A stretch of 64,000 nucleotides of DNA from Kiloniella sp. (GCF_048270245.1 NZ_JBLWTH010000008.1:43839-107838); one strand, 5' to 3'. Positions 10,872 to 21,138 are shown, numbered from the stretch's first letter. Notes: generated by a model not told the origin, from the letters alone. Program-made: numbers and translations.

Positions 10872-12032
10872 TTACGCGCCGAGAGGTCGAAGTAAACCCC
10901 GTGAAATGATATGGCGTTGAATTTCGCTGGTCCCGTCCCAGATCCGCTCAACCCGCGCGTCGCGCCAAAATCGTTCAATCGGAAGTTCAGTCATTAAACC
11001 CATGCCGCCAAAGATCTGAAGACTTTCATCGGTTACTCTGGCCAACATTTCTGTCGCATGAACTTTTGCCATGGCAATGTCTTGGTCTGCGGGGAGACCC
11101 TTATCAAGTTTCCAGGCGGCCCCCATGGTCAAGTACTCTGCAGCCTGAATATCAGTCGCCATATCAGCCAACTTAAAGGATACACCTTGGAACTTACCAA
11201 TCGCCTGCCCAAACTGTTTTCGCTCTGCAGCCCAATTAACAGCCAAATCAAAACAGCGCTGTGCCCGTCCGACAGACATAGCCGCCACAGTCAACCTTGT
11301 AGCCCCTAACCATGTATTGGCTTCATCAAAACCTCTGCCTTCTTCCCCCAGGATTTGCGTGGCAGGAATGCGGCAGTTATCAAAATTGAGGATGGAATTG
11401 TTGTACCCTCGATGTGATACACATTTGTAACCTTCTCTTATTTCAAATCCCGGAGTTCCGCGATCAACAAGGAAACAGGTAATTTGTTTCTTTTTCCCCC
11501 GAGGGGTTTCTTCTTCACCTGTTGCGATAAAAACAATGGCAAAATCAGCTTCGTCAGCATGGGTAATAAAATGTTTCGTGCCATTTAAGACCCAGTCGTC
11601 CCCGTCTTTGACGGCCGATGCTTTCATGGATCTTACATCAGACCCTGCATCAGGTTCGGTCATCGCGATACAGTCTATCTTTTCACCGCGAATAGCTGGT
11701 TTAAGGTATTTTTCAATCTGTTCCCCTTTACATCCACAAAGAATATTAGAGGGTCGCCCAAAGATAACACTCAGTGCCTGAGAAGCGCGCCCCAGTTCTC
11801 TTTCAAGTAAGGACATGGTGACATAGTCTAATCCGCCACCTCCGAATTCTTCCGGAATATTTGCCGCATAGAACCCGAGATCTAAAACTTTTTGACGTAT
11901 TTCCTTGGTCAGTTCAGCGGGAACATAGCCCAACTCTTCAACAGTATTTTCATGGGGGTACAGTTCTTTTTCAACAAAATCCCGAACGGTATCAACAACC
12001 ATTTGCTGTTCTTGCGAAAGACCAAAATCCAT
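10872..12032 (-). CDS. Acyl-CoA dehydrogenase; probable gamma-butyrobetainyl-CoA dehydrogenase
   Basis: AMTEPDAGSD, NGTKHFIT, RKQFGQ, QIFGGMG and IWDGTSEIQR motifs. Substrate inferred from context. Confidence 0.9.
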   Translation of the reverse strand: MDFGLSQEQQMVVDTVRDFVEKELYPHENTVEELGYVPAELTKEIRQKVLDLGFYAANIPEEFGGGGLDYVTMSLLERELGRASQALSVIFGRPSNILCGCKGEQIEKYLKPAIRGEKIDCIAMTEPDAGSDVRSMKASAVKDGDDWVLNGTKHFITHADEADFAIVFIATGEEETPRGKKKQITCFLVDRGTPGFEIREGYKCVSHRGYNNSILNFDNCRIPATQILGEEGRGFDEANTWLGATRLTVAAMSVGRAQRCFDLAVNWAAERKQFGQAIGKFQGVSFKLADMATDIQAAEYLTMGAAWKLDKGLPADQDIAMAKVHATEMLARVTDESLQIFGGMGLMTELPIERFWRDARVERIWDGTSEIQRHIISRGLLRPLGA

Positions 12033-12239
12033 TTCACTTCTCCCTAAACCCTAACTGTTTCTGATTTATTTTCTCTAAGCTTTCGCCATTAAATCAGGAC
12101 ATCAGAAGGCATTCCCACGTTGAAAATCAACACAGATTGAATATCAATATTTCCAAGTGTCATGGCGACACTGGTATTTGACACTTATTTGCAGATCGGA
12201 TTAAAAATCAAAGACAAAACCCGACAGTAAGATTGTCTA

Positions 12240-13733
12240 TTATTTGGGTGGTGGCACCATCATTTGCCGACTGAGGCGTTCAGGCGCCGGCATTTTTTTA
12301 TGTGCATCGAATATTTTCCCTAAAACGTTCAGTATTTCAGGTTTGGCTGGACAAGCTCTCCCGGCTTTCATATCAACGTGCAAGACCATTTGCTCTGCTG
12401 TTGCCAGTAAGCTGTTGTCTTTTTCCTTGTACATTTTATGATAGAAATGGATGCGTTTATCATCCAGACCAAGTAGTTGTGTCGTAACTCTCAAAGGCTC
12501 ATGAACTGCGACTTCAAGAATATTATTTATATGGGTTTCGACCGTATAATACGAATGACCATTAGCATGGTATTCAGCATTAACGCCGACATAACGAAAA
12601 AGCGCATCAGAGGCATCGCCAAAAACCTGTAAATAACGAGATTCAGTCATGTGATTATTATAATCAATCCACTCGGGATGAACTTTGTCCCTATGAAGAT
12701 TCAATGGTTGGGTTAAATCATCCTGTTCAGACCATTCCTTGGAACCACTTGCGTCCCCATACAGCCCTTCATCGTCCTCTTTTAATACTTTACCAGATGC
12801 ATAGTTAAAACTGCGCAGGGACTGCATAATAGACACGAGACAATTGTCTCGTAGCTGTTCTAGATCACGTATGGAATAACCCTCAGCCTGTTGTTGCGTT
12901 CCTTCGACCATTCGATCAATAAGTTGATCTGTCAGCTCAGGCGCTTTTAATTTTGTCCAGGGTAACTCAAGCGCCGGACCGAACTGTTCCAACATATGAC
13001 GCATCCCCTGCTCGCCACCAGCAAGATGAAATGTGAGGCAGGTTCCCATAAAAGCCCAACGTAGCCCTGGTCCATATATCACGGCCTGATCTATTTCATC
13101 TGTTGTTGCAACACCATCAGCAACCATGTGTAAGGCTTCGCGCCATAAAGCTTCCTGAAGGCGATCAGAAATATACCCTTCTATTTCCTTGCGAACCTTA
13201 AGGGGTTTCATCCCGATCGAGCTATAGAACGCCATGGCATCTTCTATAAATTGGGCGCTCGTTTTTTCTCCACCAAGGACCTCGACAAGAGGCAAGAGGT
13301 AAACAGGGTTGAATGGATGACCGATCAGAACACGTTCAGGATGAATGCAATCAGCCTGAATAATCGTTGGGAGCAACCCAGAAGAACTGGAGGCGATAAT
13401 AACATCCGGTTCAGCGTGTTTACTTATTTCCCCAAGAAGATTTCTTTTTAACTCTTCCCGTTCGGGTGCATTTTCCTGAACAAAATCAGCCTTGGAAATA
13501 GCCTCAGCAAGGTCTGTGGTGAATGTCAGTGTGCCCTTTTCCTTACGTGGGGCCAGACTAAGTTGATTCAAAGCAGGCTCAGCATTGGATACAACGTCTC
13601 TCAAGCCTCGCTCTGCATCAGCAGAAACATCCGTCACGACCACATCAATTCCTCGGTGGAGACATCGCGCAGCCCATCCTGCCCCGATAACGCCAGCCCC
13701 AACGACGGCGACTGTTCTGATTTCACGTGCCAT
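12240..13733 (-). CDS. lcdH: L-carnitine 3-dehydrogenase fused to betainyl-CoA thioesterase (CdhA/B type)
   Basis: GAGVIGAGW, VQENAPE, SSSSGLLP, GHPFNPVYLLPLVE; C-terminal hot-dog domain (WIDYNNHMTESRY). Confidence 0.92.
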   Translation of the reverse strand: MAREIRTVAVVGAGVIGAGWAARCLHRGIDVVVTDVSADAERGLRDVVSNAEPALNQLSLAPRKEKGTLTFTTDLAEAISKADFVQENAPEREELKRNLLGEISKHAEPDVIIASSSSGLLPTIIQADCIHPERVLIGHPFNPVYLLPLVEVLGGEKTSAQFIEDAMAFYSSIGMKPLKVRKEIEGYISDRLQEALWREALHMVADGVATTDEIDQAVIYGPGLRWAFMGTCLTFHLAGGEQGMRHMLEQFGPALELPWTKLKAPELTDQLIDRMVEGTQQQAEGYSIRDLEQLRDNCLVSIMQSLRSFNYASGKVLKEDDEGLYGDASGSKEWSEQDDLTQPLNLHRDKVHPEWIDYNNHMTESRYLQVFGDASDALFRYVGVNAEYHANGHSYYTVETHINNILEVAVHEPLRVTTQLLGLDDKRIHFYHKMYKEKDNSLLATAEQMVLHVDMKAGRACPAKPEILNVLGKIFDAHKKMPAPERLSRQMMVPPPK

Positions 13734-13773
13734 TTTTAACACCCTGCTCATATCTATGTTTTAAAAATTATCA

Positions 13774-14667
13774 TTAAGCCTGCTTGACAGCATTGAACTT
13801 TTTACGAGCATCTTCAGCCGTAAGTGTCTTCGCCCCCATTCGTTCAATAATTTCCTTGGCTCGACTGACCAATTGCCCATTACTCGCCAGAACACCACGT
13901 TCTAGATAAAGGTTATCTTCCAGCCCAACGCGAACATGACCACCAAAGATGACCGATTGTGCCGCCATCGGCATTTGGGCTGGACCAACCCCGAAAGCGC
14001 CCCAATTTGCCCCTTCGGGAAGCATATTGCGCATCGCAAGCATGGTTTCGCCATTTGCTTCAGCCGCGAAAGGAATGCCAAGGCAAAGCTGAAACAAAGG
14101 TGGTGCATCAATTAAACCTTCCGACATTAGCTGCTTTGCCATCCAGATATGACCAAATTCAAACGCTTCAATTTCAGGTTTCACCCCCATCTTTTGAATA
14201 ATCGCAGCCATCTCACGCAGCATATCCGGCGTCGAGATATAGGCATAATCGCTGAAATTCAAAGATCCGCAGTCAAAGGTACAAATTTCGGGGCGAATAG
14301 CATCAATATGCTTAAGGCGATCAGCTGGACTGAGCATATCCGTTCCCGGTCCGCCAACATTGGGGTTTGTTGCGTCGGGGACAAACTCTCCGCCCATGCC
14401 TGCCGTAATATTGATCACCACATCAACACCTTTAGTCTTCATTTTGTCGCGAAGAAGACCAACTGTTTCCTGATAAAGTTCCAAATCATTGCTAGCCTGA
14501 CCAGTATCCGGGTTTCTAACGTGCAAATGGGCAATAGCAGCCCCCGCCAATGCAGCCTCAATAGCGGCATCAGAAATCTCGTCAGGCGTTACAGGAACAT
14601 TCGTATGGCGGTCTTTTTTGATGCCTGAGCCTGTCACAGGACAGGTGATAATAACTTCATTATTCAT
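13774..14667 (-). CDS. cdhC: BKACE (DUF849) 3-dehydrocarnitine cleavage enzyme
   Basis: IITCPVTG, AHLHVR (Zn His pair), HVRVGLEDNLY; directly upstream of lcdH. SD before ATG 14667. Confidence 0.88.
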   Translation of the reverse strand: MNNEVIITCPVTGSGIKKDRHTNVPVTPDEISDAAIEAALAGAAIAHLHVRNPDTGQASNDLELYQETVGLLRDKMKTKGVDVVINITAGMGGEFVPDATNPNVGGPGTDMLSPADRLKHIDAIRPEICTFDCGSLNFSDYAYISTPDMLREMAAIIQKMGVKPEIEAFEFGHIWMAKQLMSEGLIDAPPLFQLCLGIPFAAEANGETMLAMRNMLPEGANWGAFGVGPAQMPMAAQSVIFGGHVRVGLEDNLYLERGVLASNGQLVSRAKEIIERMGAKTLTAEDARKKFNAVKQA

Positions 14668-14766
14668 AGTAATTCCCTCTTTCACACTAACCTATCAGAA
14701 CATCAATTCCAAAGATGAGTCCGTTTATTTTTTTCTTAGTGTAGGACGGTTTTTATTTCTCAATTT

Positions 14767-14801
14767 ACACTTTGCGCTAATTATGAAACATTTTACGCCA
14801 A
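14767..14801. promoter_or_regulatory. Putative AraC/CdhR direct-repeat site
   Basis: ACACTTTGCGCTAA and ACATTTTACGCCAA repeated 21 bp apart in the cdhC/regulator divergent promoter; this spacing is typical for AraC-family sites. Confidence 0.35.
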
Positions 14802-14829
14802 CCGATATCTAATAGATGAGAACTTCAAG

Positions 14830-15804
14830 ATGTATCTATTTGGAAGAGAAGCAGACACCAAACCTCAAAAAATTGCGTTTTTGCTTGTACCTGGCTTTTC
14901 CATGCTTTGTTTTTCATCGGCCTTAGAGCCCTTGCGTGCTGCCAACTTCAAGGTCGGTGAAAAAATATATGAATGGAAGTTATATTCCATCCATGGCTCA
15001 ACAGTACGCGCCAGTAACGGTATGGACATTAATGTTGATGCAGAAATTGCATTGGACGACAGTATTCCTGTCTTGATCGTTTGTGCCAGTTATGATGTGG
15101 AAGAAAGTAATACAAGACAACTAGCCGCAATTCTTCGAAGACTTCGCTCAAAAGGGACCGAGTTTGGTGGCATGGATGCGGGGAGCGAAATCCTTGCCAA
15201 AGCTGGTCTTTTGGACGGCTATAAAGCGACCGTTCATTGGGAGAATTTTGAAAGCTTTACCGAGACCTATCCTAATGTTCAGGCTGAACTGGATCTTTAT
15301 ATTGTCGATCGGAACAGATTTACATCAGGTGGGGGTACAACCAGTCTGGACATGATGTTACAGCTCATCAGGGTTCAACACGGTTTGAAACTGTCGACAG
15401 ATGTTGCTGATATATTTATTTACCAGCGGTTCCGAGAAGGAAACAATCCACAAAGGCTGATTTCGAACAATCCACAAATCCGGAATAATAAAGTCCTGAC
15501 CACGGCGATAGAAACGATGGAAGCAACCATCGAAACGCCGCTCCTCATAACAGATCTTGCTGAAAAAATAGGATCTACTGTCAGAGAATTAGAACGACTT
15601 TTTAAGAAGCATTTAAAGACGTCCCCAGCCTCATATTATAGAAACTATCGATTGGATATAGCGCAGAGACTATTGAAGCAAACGGACCTGTCTATTCTAG
15701 ACATTGCTATTCGATGTGGTTTTAATTCTGCAACATCTTTTGCCCGAAGCTATCGCAATCGTTTTGGCCAAGCTCCCAAAACAAGTCGGCGTATTATATC
15801 TTAA
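14830..15804 (+). CDS. GlxA-type AraC regulator (CdhR-like)
   Basis: N-terminal DJ-1-like domain (FLLVPGFSM, ATVHWEN), C-terminal AraC HTH (RELERLFKK, IAIRCGFNS); divergent from cdhC. Confidence 0.9.
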   Translation: MYLFGREADTKPQKIAFLLVPGFSMLCFSSALEPLRAANFKVGEKIYEWKLYSIHGSTVRASNGMDINVDAEIALDDSIPVLIVCASYDVEESNTRQLAAILRRLRSKGTEFGGMDAGSEILAKAGLLDGYKATVHWENFESFTETYPNVQAELDLYIVDRNRFTSGGGTTSLDMMLQLIRVQHGLKLSTDVADIFIYQRFREGNNPQRLISNNPQIRNNKVLTTAIETMEATIETPLLITDLAEKIGSTVRELERLFKKHLKTSPASYYRNYRLDIAQRLLKQTDLSILDIAIRCGFNSATSFARSYRNRFGQAPKTSRRIIS

Positions 15805-15921
15805 TACATTAGACGCAATACCTAGCATATTAAATTGATTTAAAATAATATTTTAATTTTAGTTTTTTTTACATTCTATTTATTCCTTTCATAAAATTCT
15901 TATTTATTGGTTTAAACTTGC

Positions 15922-15943
15922 ATTAGTTTCATTTGCAACTAAT
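15922..15943. promoter_or_regulatory. 22-bp palindrome, putative repressor operator
   Basis: ATTAGTTTCA-TT-TGCAACTAAT, 9 of 10 arm positions paired, upstream of the VOC-FAH pair. Confidence 0.45.
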
Positions 15944-16079
15944 ATTATGTATCAAGATAGAATGCTGTGAAAGTAGTGGTCTTCTTTTCCCTATTTTCAC
16001 AGTGAATTAATGGATCAATTTTGTGAACTGCACAGAGCAGATTTACAGAACAGATGCAAAGAACAATGCGAGGCTTAAA

Positions 16080-16616
16080 ATGAAAATAGAACAAATTCAT
16101 CACGTCGCTTACAGATGTAAAGATGCAAAAGAAACTGTTGAATGGTACGGAAAATATCTCAACATGGATTTTATCCTCGCAATTGCTGAAAACGAGGTCC
16201 CTTCCACAAAAGCTCCAGACCCTTACATGCACATCTTCCTTGATGCCGGTAAAGGTTCTATCTTGGCCTTTTTTGAAATACCGAACTCTCCACCCATGGG
16301 CAAAGATCCCAATACGCCAGAATGGGTGCAACATTTAGCGTTATCAGTAGCAACAATGGATGAAATGCTGGCTGTAAAAAGCAAACTCGAAGCGGATGGT
16401 ATTGATGTATTGGGGCCAACAGATCACACCCTCTTCCAATCCATATACTTTTTCGACCCAAGTGGTCATCGCATTGAACTGGCCGTTAATACAGCAACAC
16501 CAGATATGAGCAAAAAGCTGGACGACGTTAAATGGCAGATGCTTGAAGAGTGGTCAAAAACCAAAAAAGCCCCAACACATGCCGATTGGATGCATCAAAA
16601 AGAACTTTCCTCATAA
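16080..16616 (+). CDS. VOC/glyoxalase family protein
   Basis: IHHVAYRC, QHLAL and SIYFFDPSGHRIEL motifs. GAGG SD before ATG 16080. Confidence 0.9.
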   Translation: MKIEQIHHVAYRCKDAKETVEWYGKYLNMDFILAIAENEVPSTKAPDPYMHIFLDAGKGSILAFFEIPNSPPMGKDPNTPEWVQHLALSVATMDEMLAVKSKLEADGIDVLGPTDHTLFQSIYFFDPSGHRIELAVNTATPDMSKKLDDVKWQMLEEWSKTKKAPTHADWMHQKELSS

Positions 16617-16631
16617 GTTACGGTTAATAAA

Positions 16632-17651
16632 ATGAAACTCGCTACCTATAAAAATGACACCAAAGATGGTGAGCTTGTTGTTGTCAGTCGCGATCTGAAA
16701 AAGTGTGTTAAGGCAACAACAATCGCGCCAACGCTACAATCAGCACTGGACGACTGGGACAATATTTTCCCGCAGTTAGACAAGCTCTATCAAGCTCTGA
16801 ATAATGGGGATCTGACAGATAGTTTTGACTTTGAAGAACCTGCCTGTGCATCCCCTCTTCCTCGCTCTTACCAATGGGCTGACGGTTCTGCTTATGTAAA
16901 TCACGTTGAGCTTGTTAGAAAAGCAAGAGGCGCCGAATTACCAGATAGCTTCTGGACTGATCCTTTGATGTATCAAGGTGGCTCTGACAGCTTTATTGGT
17001 CCAAGAGACGATATTCCACTTGGTTCAGAAAGTTGGGGTATTGATTTCGAAGCAGAGATTGCTGTCATCACCGACGATATGCCCATGGGCACATCCCCTG
17101 AAAAGGCAGAAAATCACATCAAACTTTTGATGCTCGTTAATGATGTCTCTCTGCGCGGGTTAATTCCGGCGGAACTGGCAAAAGGTTTTGGCTTTTTCCA
17201 ATCCAAACCATCCAGTGCCTTCTCCCCTGTGGCTATAACACCAGATGAACTTGGCCCTGCATGGAAAAACGGCAAGGTTCATTTGCCTCTACTCTCGACG
17301 CTAAACGGTAAGCTGTTCGGAAAACCTGAAGCTGGCGAAGATATGACGTTTGATTTTCCAACAATTGTCTCTCACGCGGCAAAAACCCGTCCGCTCGGTG
17401 CGGGCACGATTGTCGGATCAGGAACCGTTTCGAATAAGCTTGATGGCGGGCCAGGAAAACACGTACAGGACGGTGGTGTTGGTTACTCCTGCATTGCAGA
17501 AGTCCGTATGATTGAAACAATCAACACAGGTGCTCCTCAAACGCCCTTTATGAAGTTTGGTGATACAATCGCAATAGAAATGATGGATAAGGGAGGTCAT
17601 TCAATTTTTGGGAAAATTGATCAGAAAATAGTAGAGTACTCTATCCCATAA
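16632..17651 (+). CDS. Fumarylacetoacetate hydrolase family protein
   Basis: DFEAEIAV, NDVSLR, QSKP and GSGTVSN motifs. Confidence 0.92.
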   Translation: MKLATYKNDTKDGELVVVSRDLKKCVKATTIAPTLQSALDDWDNIFPQLDKLYQALNNGDLTDSFDFEEPACASPLPRSYQWADGSAYVNHVELVRKARGAELPDSFWTDPLMYQGGSDSFIGPRDDIPLGSESWGIDFEAEIAVITDDMPMGTSPEKAENHIKLLMLVNDVSLRGLIPAELAKGFGFFQSKPSSAFSPVAITPDELGPAWKNGKVHLPLLSTLNGKLFGKPEAGEDMTFDFPTIVSHAAKTRPLGAGTIVGSGTVSNKLDGGPGKHVQDGGVGYSCIAEVRMIETINTGAPQTPFMKFGDTIAIEMMDKGGHSIFGKIDQKIVEYSIP

Positions 17652-17710
17652 TCTATGAACCATAGGGTCATAGACCAAAAACCAGATACTGCTTTTCCTT
17701 ACAGCTATAC

Positions 17711-17742
17711 AACAGCTCTGAAGTCAAATTCAGAGCTGTTTT
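17711..17742 (+). terminator. Rho-independent terminator
   Basis: AACAGCTCTGAA-GTCAAA-TTCAGAGCTGTT, a perfect 12-bp stem ending in a T run. Confidence 0.65.
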
Positions 17743-18062
17743 CATATCAAAACAAAAGAAAATGATCCACTTTCGGCACAATTTCAGAAGGTTAAGAGTA
17801 TTTCTTACTCAAAATCCTATCTGTTTTCTCAAATCATATAGTAGGATTTGCCTATCAAAGACAACTATACTCACATGGAACAAAGCAAGTGGTCGTATTT
17901 ACCACATTTTGCTGCGCTGATCGGCATACCCCTGATTTACAGGGGGTATATACAGCACATGGAATGCAAAATTTTGAAATTTTGTGCTGCAATTGGCTGG
18001 TAATTGAACACCAAATTACTTTTTAGGCGCTGGATTATTCCGATTAAGCCTATTTCTTGCGA

Positions 18063-18091
18063 TTGACAACAATCAACAGATCGTGTGCATT
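18063..18091 (+). promoter_or_regulatory. Possible housekeeping promoter
   Basis: Perfect TTGACA -35, 17-bp spacer, weak -10 (TGCATT), upstream of the fusion gene. Confidence 0.3.
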
Positions 18092-18142
18092 CACCACGCC
18101 CAGCAGGCCATCATTATTGAGTAACACAGGGAATTTAACATC

Positions 18143-21118
18143 ATGGTATCGATTGATGACCTAAAGGCACAACGCGATGCGTCCTTGGCTGTCACCGCAA
18201 AAGGTGCTCCAACAAGAACGTCTAACCAGTTCTTTGGCGTAGGCCCCATTACGGATATGACATCCGACGAAGTTGACGGGCGTCGCCTGCGCTTTCAGTT
18301 TGATGCATGGCTTGAAGAAAATTATGCCAAAGTAGATGATCGCGGCAATCGCATCGGCAGCTTTACAACTGCTGAAATCGGTCGCAGCATGCACCGTGGC
18401 TATCCAGCTGATAAAGTTCTACTGGATATGGTCCGTGAAATTCATCGTTACTTTGAATTCCCAAAAAAGAATAAAATGGCTATTGGTCTAGGTGGTGGAC
18501 ACAGTGGCTTTACCGTTTCCATTCTTCATTTGATGAATGCAAACAACCCTGATCAAAAAATCTATGTAGATACACCAAAACCTGAATCTGCCGAAGGCAA
18601 AGCGGGTGGGTTTTTCCGTCAATCTTGGGGTTCCCAGATTATGGAAATGCAGAAATTCGCTGCAAATGGTGATATAGAACGCATCCACTACTCCGAAGGC
18701 GAAGGCGCAATTCCGACTGCAGCCGAGCTGAGTTCTAAGGGGATCAAACTCTTTGTTGGTGTTGGTCACGAGACAACAGGCGCAACGACCTATAAAGAGT
18801 CCGAAATCATCGAGCTTTTAAAGTGGATCGATGCGAACCCAACCGAACATCACGCCATCATTGACAGTACATCTATGCTGGGTGCAATGCCGTGGGCAGA
18901 GAATGTCGTCCTAGAGGTTATGGACAAATGCTGTATGTTCATGCCATTCCAAAAAGCGATTGGTGGTATTTCAGGTTATTTCATTGCTTCTTATACACCA
19001 GAAGCTTTGACCCTGATGAACCAGAACCAGAAAGATCCTGCATGGGCGATCCCTCGTCAACTTAAAATAGCGGTTCCTGCAGACCCAAAAGAGCCAATGA
19101 GCAGCGAAAAAACCTGGGAACTTGGTCCGGTTTACGATCCTGCTGAACACAAGATGCTTGGTGGTATCATCAATACCTTCTCGACCCTTGCTTTTGCAGA
19201 AACAACTTTTGGTCTTCTGCGCGCTGAAAAGTCAATCGGCTCAGCACGGGACTTGAACAAGCGGTCCATTAAAAACCGTCAGACAGCCAACGACTGGATT
19301 GCAAACAACCCAACACTAGAACTGGGTGTTACAGATGCAGATAACCGTGGTGCAGCTGTTACTCTACTCAAAGTAACAGAAGGCGCAAACACAGACCCTG
19401 CAATCCACGCAGACATCATTGCCAAATCCAAGCAGATGCTTGGCTACGAAGGCCTAACGCATCCGAATGGTGAGCATGAAGAAGGTCTGGACGTTGCCCG
19501 TTACGTCAATGCTTTCCCGGGCACACCTGGTGACTATCGCGCCTGGATTGGTGGTCTACGCCCAGTAGAAGACGTTATTGCTCTGCTTGAAAACCTCGAA
19601 TACGCCTACCACCGTGCAAAAATCGTTGTGCTAGAAGAACTTCTTGCGAAAGAAGGGGTAACTTTTGAATCAACTGCAAACGATACATCTGGCAAAGTAC
19701 GTCAGGATGATCAAAATAAAGCGTACAAAGTGCTTGTTGCCGACCTTGTTGGATTGAAATTCGATACAAACGGCAATCCAGATCATTCCGAGGTTCGTGC
19801 CTATGTCGAAGCAAAGGGCGGTGTTTTCCACGAAGGTCCGATTGCAGATGATGCAAATCTGGAAACTGGCAAGATTCATTTCTCATATCAGCCAAACCTG
19901 AGTACAGAAGAAGAGCTTCTACCCCAGACAGATAAAGGCCAGTATGACGCAACAATCGTAGCGGCAACATTCCTGCCGAAAGCTTCCGTATTCAAACACG
20001 GTGGTGTTCGTATTGGTGCGGGAACCGGCAACATGGGTTCTGATTCATGGGGTGGTGGTAATGGTGACGGTGGTGAAGCCGCCCTCATGAATACGCCGAG
20101 CTTTAACAGCCGTGCAACAGCACAGATGGCAATGAAAGCCCTGTTGAAAGTTACTCCTGATCTTCCTGTCGAAGAAATGCACAAACTTGTCTGCGCAGGT
20201 GATTTTGACACAGGAAAAGACCTGTGCAAGTTCCCGACTGAGAAACTCGAAGGCAAAAAACTTGCTGTGATCGGTTATGGTAATATTGGCCGCGAAGTTG
20301 CAAATCTTGGCAAAGCCTTTGGTATGAGAGTGTCCATCTATGCACGTGCCCGTCACAAAGCATGGATTGAATCAGAAGGTTTCATCTACGCAGAAACGCC
20401 TGAAGAAGCAGCTAAAGGTGCTGATGTTATCAGCCCACATACCGGTCTGGGTGCCTTTAATGCAGAAACAGGTAAATTTGCCAATGACAGCCTGGTCAAC
20501 GAAGGCGTACTCAACGCCCTGAATGATGGCGCAATTGTTGTTAACTACGACCGTGGTGAAGTGATCAACATCGACGCCCTTGATGCTGCCCTTACAAGTG
20601 GCAAGGTTGCCTATGCTGCGATTGATGCAGATCTGTTCAAAAATACAGAAACTGGCGAACTAAGCGGACCAATGGTTCCTTACCTTACGCTTGTTGATCG
20701 TCATGCAGACAAGCTAGAGCTTCTGCCTCATGCAGCTGCGGATACCGAGCACGTTTCCCGCGTTCAGGGTGCAAAACAGGCCGTTGATCAGATCTTTGAT
20801 GCGATCCAGTACAAGTCGATCATGAACCTAAAAGGTGATCTTCCTACTGGGTATACTGATGCCGGTGCGACAACAGTTAATGGTGTGGGTAAAGTAACAT
20901 CCAATGCACTGGCTTCCGTTGCCGCTGAAGACGAAACAGCCGCAGAGCTTCGTAAGCTAACCGAAGACATGGCCGCAATTTGGGGCGCTCTTTCTGTTAC
21001 GAAAGATGCTTCACGTCGTCAGGAACTTATTGATCGCTACGGCGCTCAACTAACGCTGCAGTCCAACAAGTACATCACGCTTGTTGAACAGCTTGGTCTG
21101 AAAGGCCCATACGGTTAA
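18143..21118 (+). CDS. Fusion of phosphoserine aminotransferase-like (class V PLP) and D-3-phosphoglycerate dehydrogenase-like domains
   Basis: N-half: FGVGP, GRSMHR, DSTS, FQKAIGG (PLP Lys), INTFS, YRAW, parallel to Methanosarcina-type SerC motifs. C-half: GYGNIG, NYDRG, LPHAAADT. One uninterrupted ORF. Confidence 0.8.
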   Translation: MVSIDDLKAQRDASLAVTAKGAPTRTSNQFFGVGPITDMTSDEVDGRRLRFQFDAWLEENYAKVDDRGNRIGSFTTAEIGRSMHRGYPADKVLLDMVREIHRYFEFPKKNKMAIGLGGGHSGFTVSILHLMNANNPDQKIYVDTPKPESAEGKAGGFFRQSWGSQIMEMQKFAANGDIERIHYSEGEGAIPTAAELSSKGIKLFVGVGHETTGATTYKESEIIELLKWIDANPTEHHAIIDSTSMLGAMPWAENVVLEVMDKCCMFMPFQKAIGGISGYFIASYTPEALTLMNQNQKDPAWAIPRQLKIAVPADPKEPMSSEKTWELGPVYDPAEHKMLGGIINTFSTLAFAETTFGLLRAEKSIGSARDLNKRSIKNRQTANDWIANNPTLELGVTDADNRGAAVTLLKVTEGANTDPAIHADIIAKSKQMLGYEGLTHPNGEHEEGLDVARYVNAFPGTPGDYRAWIGGLRPVEDVIALLENLEYAYHRAKIVVLEELLAKEGVTFESTANDTSGKVRQDDQNKAYKVLVADLVGLKFDTNGNPDHSEVRAYVEAKGGVFHEGPIADDANLETGKIHFSYQPNLSTEEELLPQTDKGQYDATIVAATFLPKASVFKHGGVRIGAGTGNMGSDSWGGGNGDGGEAALMNTPSFNSRATAQMAMKALLKVTPDLPVEEMHKLVCAGDFDTGKDLCKFPTEKLEGKKLAVIGYGNIGREVANLGKAFGMRVSIYARARHKAWIESEGFIYAETPEEAAKGADVISPHTGLGAFNAETGKFANDSLVNEGVLNALNDGAIVVNYDRGEVINIDALDAALTSGKVAYAAIDADLFKNTETGELSGPMVPYLTLVDRHADKLELLPHAAADTEHVSRVQGAKQAVDQIFDAIQYKSIMNLKGDLPTGYTDAGATTVNGVGKVTSNALASVAAEDETAAELRKLTEDMAAIWGALSVTKDASRRQELIDRYGAQLTLQSNKYITLVEQLGLKGPYG

Positions 21119-21138
21119 GTTCATAAAATGATCAACTG

